The notes under the pieces: generated by a model | Seen by the model: only the letters and a program-made list of their open reading frames with translations | Told to the model about the DNA's origin: nothing | The model's database searches: none | Assembly: GCA_030390025.1 (NCBI GenBank) | Contig: CM059431.1 | Span: forward strand, 104,038,001-104,102,000 | DNA length: 64,000 bases | DNA from: Squalus acanthias | Lineage: Eukaryota | Direction: 5' to 3' | Shown: positions 61,927 through 64,000 of the stretch, one piece after another | Numbering within the stretch: position 1 is the first letter of the stretch | Layout of the letters: each line of letters opens with the position of its first letter | Translations under genes and position numbers: made by a program

Positions 61927-63549
61927 AACATAAGAACATAAGAATTAGGAGCAGGAGTCGGCCATACGGCCCCTTGCGCCTGCTCCGCCATTCAACAAGA
62001 TCATGGCTGAACTTAGTTGCCCAAAAATCTATCAATCTCAGTCTTGAATATGCTCAACGACTCAGCATCCACAGCTCTTTGGGGATGAGAATTCCAAAGA
62101 TTCACAACCCTCTGAGTGAAGAAATTTCTCCTCATCTCAGTCTTAAATGGCCGACCCCTTATCCTGAGACTATGCCTCCTAGTTCTAGACACTCCAGCCA
62201 GGGGAAACAATCTCTCAGCATCTACCCTGTCAATTCCCCTCAGAATCTTATATGTTTCAATGAGATCACCTTTCATTCTTCTAAACTCCAGAGAGTAGCT
62301 GCCTAATCTACCCAATCTCTCCTCATAGGACAACCCTCTCATCCCAGGGATCAATTTAGTGAACCTTTGTTGCACCGCCTCTAAGGCATGTATGTCCTTT
62401 CTCAGATAAGGAGACCAAAACTGTGCACAGTACTCCAGGTGTGGTCTCACCAAAGCCCTGTACAATTGTAGTAAGACTTCCTTACTCTTGTACTCCAACC
62501 CCCTTGCAATAAAGGCCAACATGCCATTTGCCTTCCTAATTGCATGCTAACTTTCTGTGTTTCCTGTACGAGGACACCTAAATCTCTCTGAACACCAACA
62601 TTTAATAGTTTCTCACCATTTAAAAAATATTCTGTTTTTCTATTCTTCCTACCAAAGTGAATAACCTCACATTTCACTCCATCTGCCACCTTAATGCCCA
62701 CTCACTTAACCTGTCTATATCCTTTTGCATCCTTCTCACAGCTTACTTTCCCACCTAGCTTTGTATCATCAGCAAACTTGGATACATTACACTCGGTCCC
62801 TTCATCTATGTCATTAATATAGATTGTAAATAGCTGAGGCCCAAGCACTGATCCTTGTGGCACCCTACTAGTTACAGCCTGCCAACCTGAAAAAGATCCA
62901 TTTATCCCTACTCTCTGTTTTCTGTCCTTTAACCAATCCTCTATCCATGCTATTATATTACCCCCAACCCCATGAGTCTTTATCTTATGTAACAATCTTT
63001 TATGGGGCACCTTATTGAATGCCTTTTGGAAATTCAAATATACTCATTCACTGGTTCCCCTTTATTTACCCTGCTAGTTATATCCTCAAAAAACTCTAAT
63101 AAATTTGTTAAACATGATTTCCCTTTCCTAAAACCATGTTGACTCTGCCTAATCATATTATGATTTTCTAAGTGCCTTGTTACCACTTCCTTAATAATGG
63201 ATTCCAGCATTTTCCTGACAACTGATATTCCCTATTTTCTCTCTTCCCTCCTTTCTTGAATAGTAGGGTTACATTTGCTACTTTCCAATCCGCTGGGACC
63301 ATTCTAGAATCTAGGGAATTTTGGAAGATCTAAACCAATGCATCCACTATCTCTGCAGCCACCTCTTTTAGAACCCTAGGATGCAGGCAATCAGGTCTGG
63401 GGGATTTGTCGGCTTTTAGTCCCATTAGTTTCCCAAGTAACTTTTCTCTACTGATATTAATTACTTTAAGTTCCTCACTCTTATTAGCCCCTTGGTTCCT
63501 CACTATTTTTGGTATGTTTTCTGTGTCTTCTACTGTGAAGACAGATACT
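61927..63549 (-). mobile_element. CR1 ORF2 3' half
   Basis: ORFs 62013-62522, 62702-63037 and KADKSPRPD; repeat tail at 61927-61945. Confidence 0.92.
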
Positions 63550-64000
63550 AAGGTCATGATTTTACTTACCTCGGTGGGTCTGTGGCAGGTGATGTCGGTG
63601 GCGGGTCCCAACCCTGCTGCTGGCTTCATCCCACTCTGTGAAATTACTTTCCGTTGATTGGACTTGTTAAGCCCGCCCAGCACATTTCCCGGCCAATTAG
63701 AGAAAGCGGGTCTGGTGATGTCATTTCATGTTACATCATCAGCAAATTTCTTTAAAGGGACCATGGCCAAATTTATTTTGACATTTGTGCTGTCAGTGTC
63801 CGACAGTATTGAGGTGCAGCAAACACTGACAATGACTGCACAGAGGCAAAGGGCTGCACCCAGGTTCTCCGATGACTTATGCTTATGGAAGGAGTCACAG
63901 CATGCAGGGATGTCCTCTTCCCTTCCGATGGGTGGAAGAGACCTCCCCAGGAGACCAACACAGCCTGGTTGCACATTGCACAGGAGGGCACAAGCATGGA
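63550..64000 (+). mobile_element. Left end of a Harbinger element with a Myb/SANT remnant, abutting the CR1; runs off the window end
   Basis: TIR-like GGTCATGATTTT; QRAAPRFSDD then frameshifted RDVLFPSDGWKRPPQETNTAWLHIA. Confidence 0.6.

Noticed and set aside
1..64000. CRISPR arrays, operons or prokaryotic RT systems (retrons, DGRs)
   Set aside because: No regularly spaced repeats; all RTs are eukaryotic LINE or retroviral types in a vertebrate repeat context

Overview
Vertebrate non-coding DNA, almost certainly a shark or other cartilaginous fish, inferred from the repeat repertoire (HE1/V-SINE, tRNA-Deu SINE, shark-type CR1s). Most of the window is transposable elements, often nested. These include many CR1 LINEs (one near-full-length 4.2 kb copy with an esterase-type ORF1), a long L2, a second CR1/L2-group LINE family, an RTE/BovB-like fragment and three tRNA-derived SINE superfamilies whose 3' tails match LINEs in the same window. 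Also present are several PIF/Harbinger-type MITE families with decayed Harbinger transposase and Myb/SANT remnants, a decayed hAT (Charlie/SPIN-like) transposase, two solo-LTR candidates, an isolated retroviral RT fragment and Penelope-derived inverted repeats. Nearly all listed ORFs are TE fragments or antisense shadows of them. No host gene could be named; a few weak exon candidates are reported. The most interesting items are a TSD-flanked palindromic Penelope-derived element with two oppositely oriented minimal hammerhead ribozyme motifs (33269-33737) and a class III/foamy/loki-like retroviral RT relic (5960-6320). I cannot establish a genuinely new biological system from the sequence alone. 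Family names come from motif recognition, not database searches, and boundaries of decayed elements are approximate.
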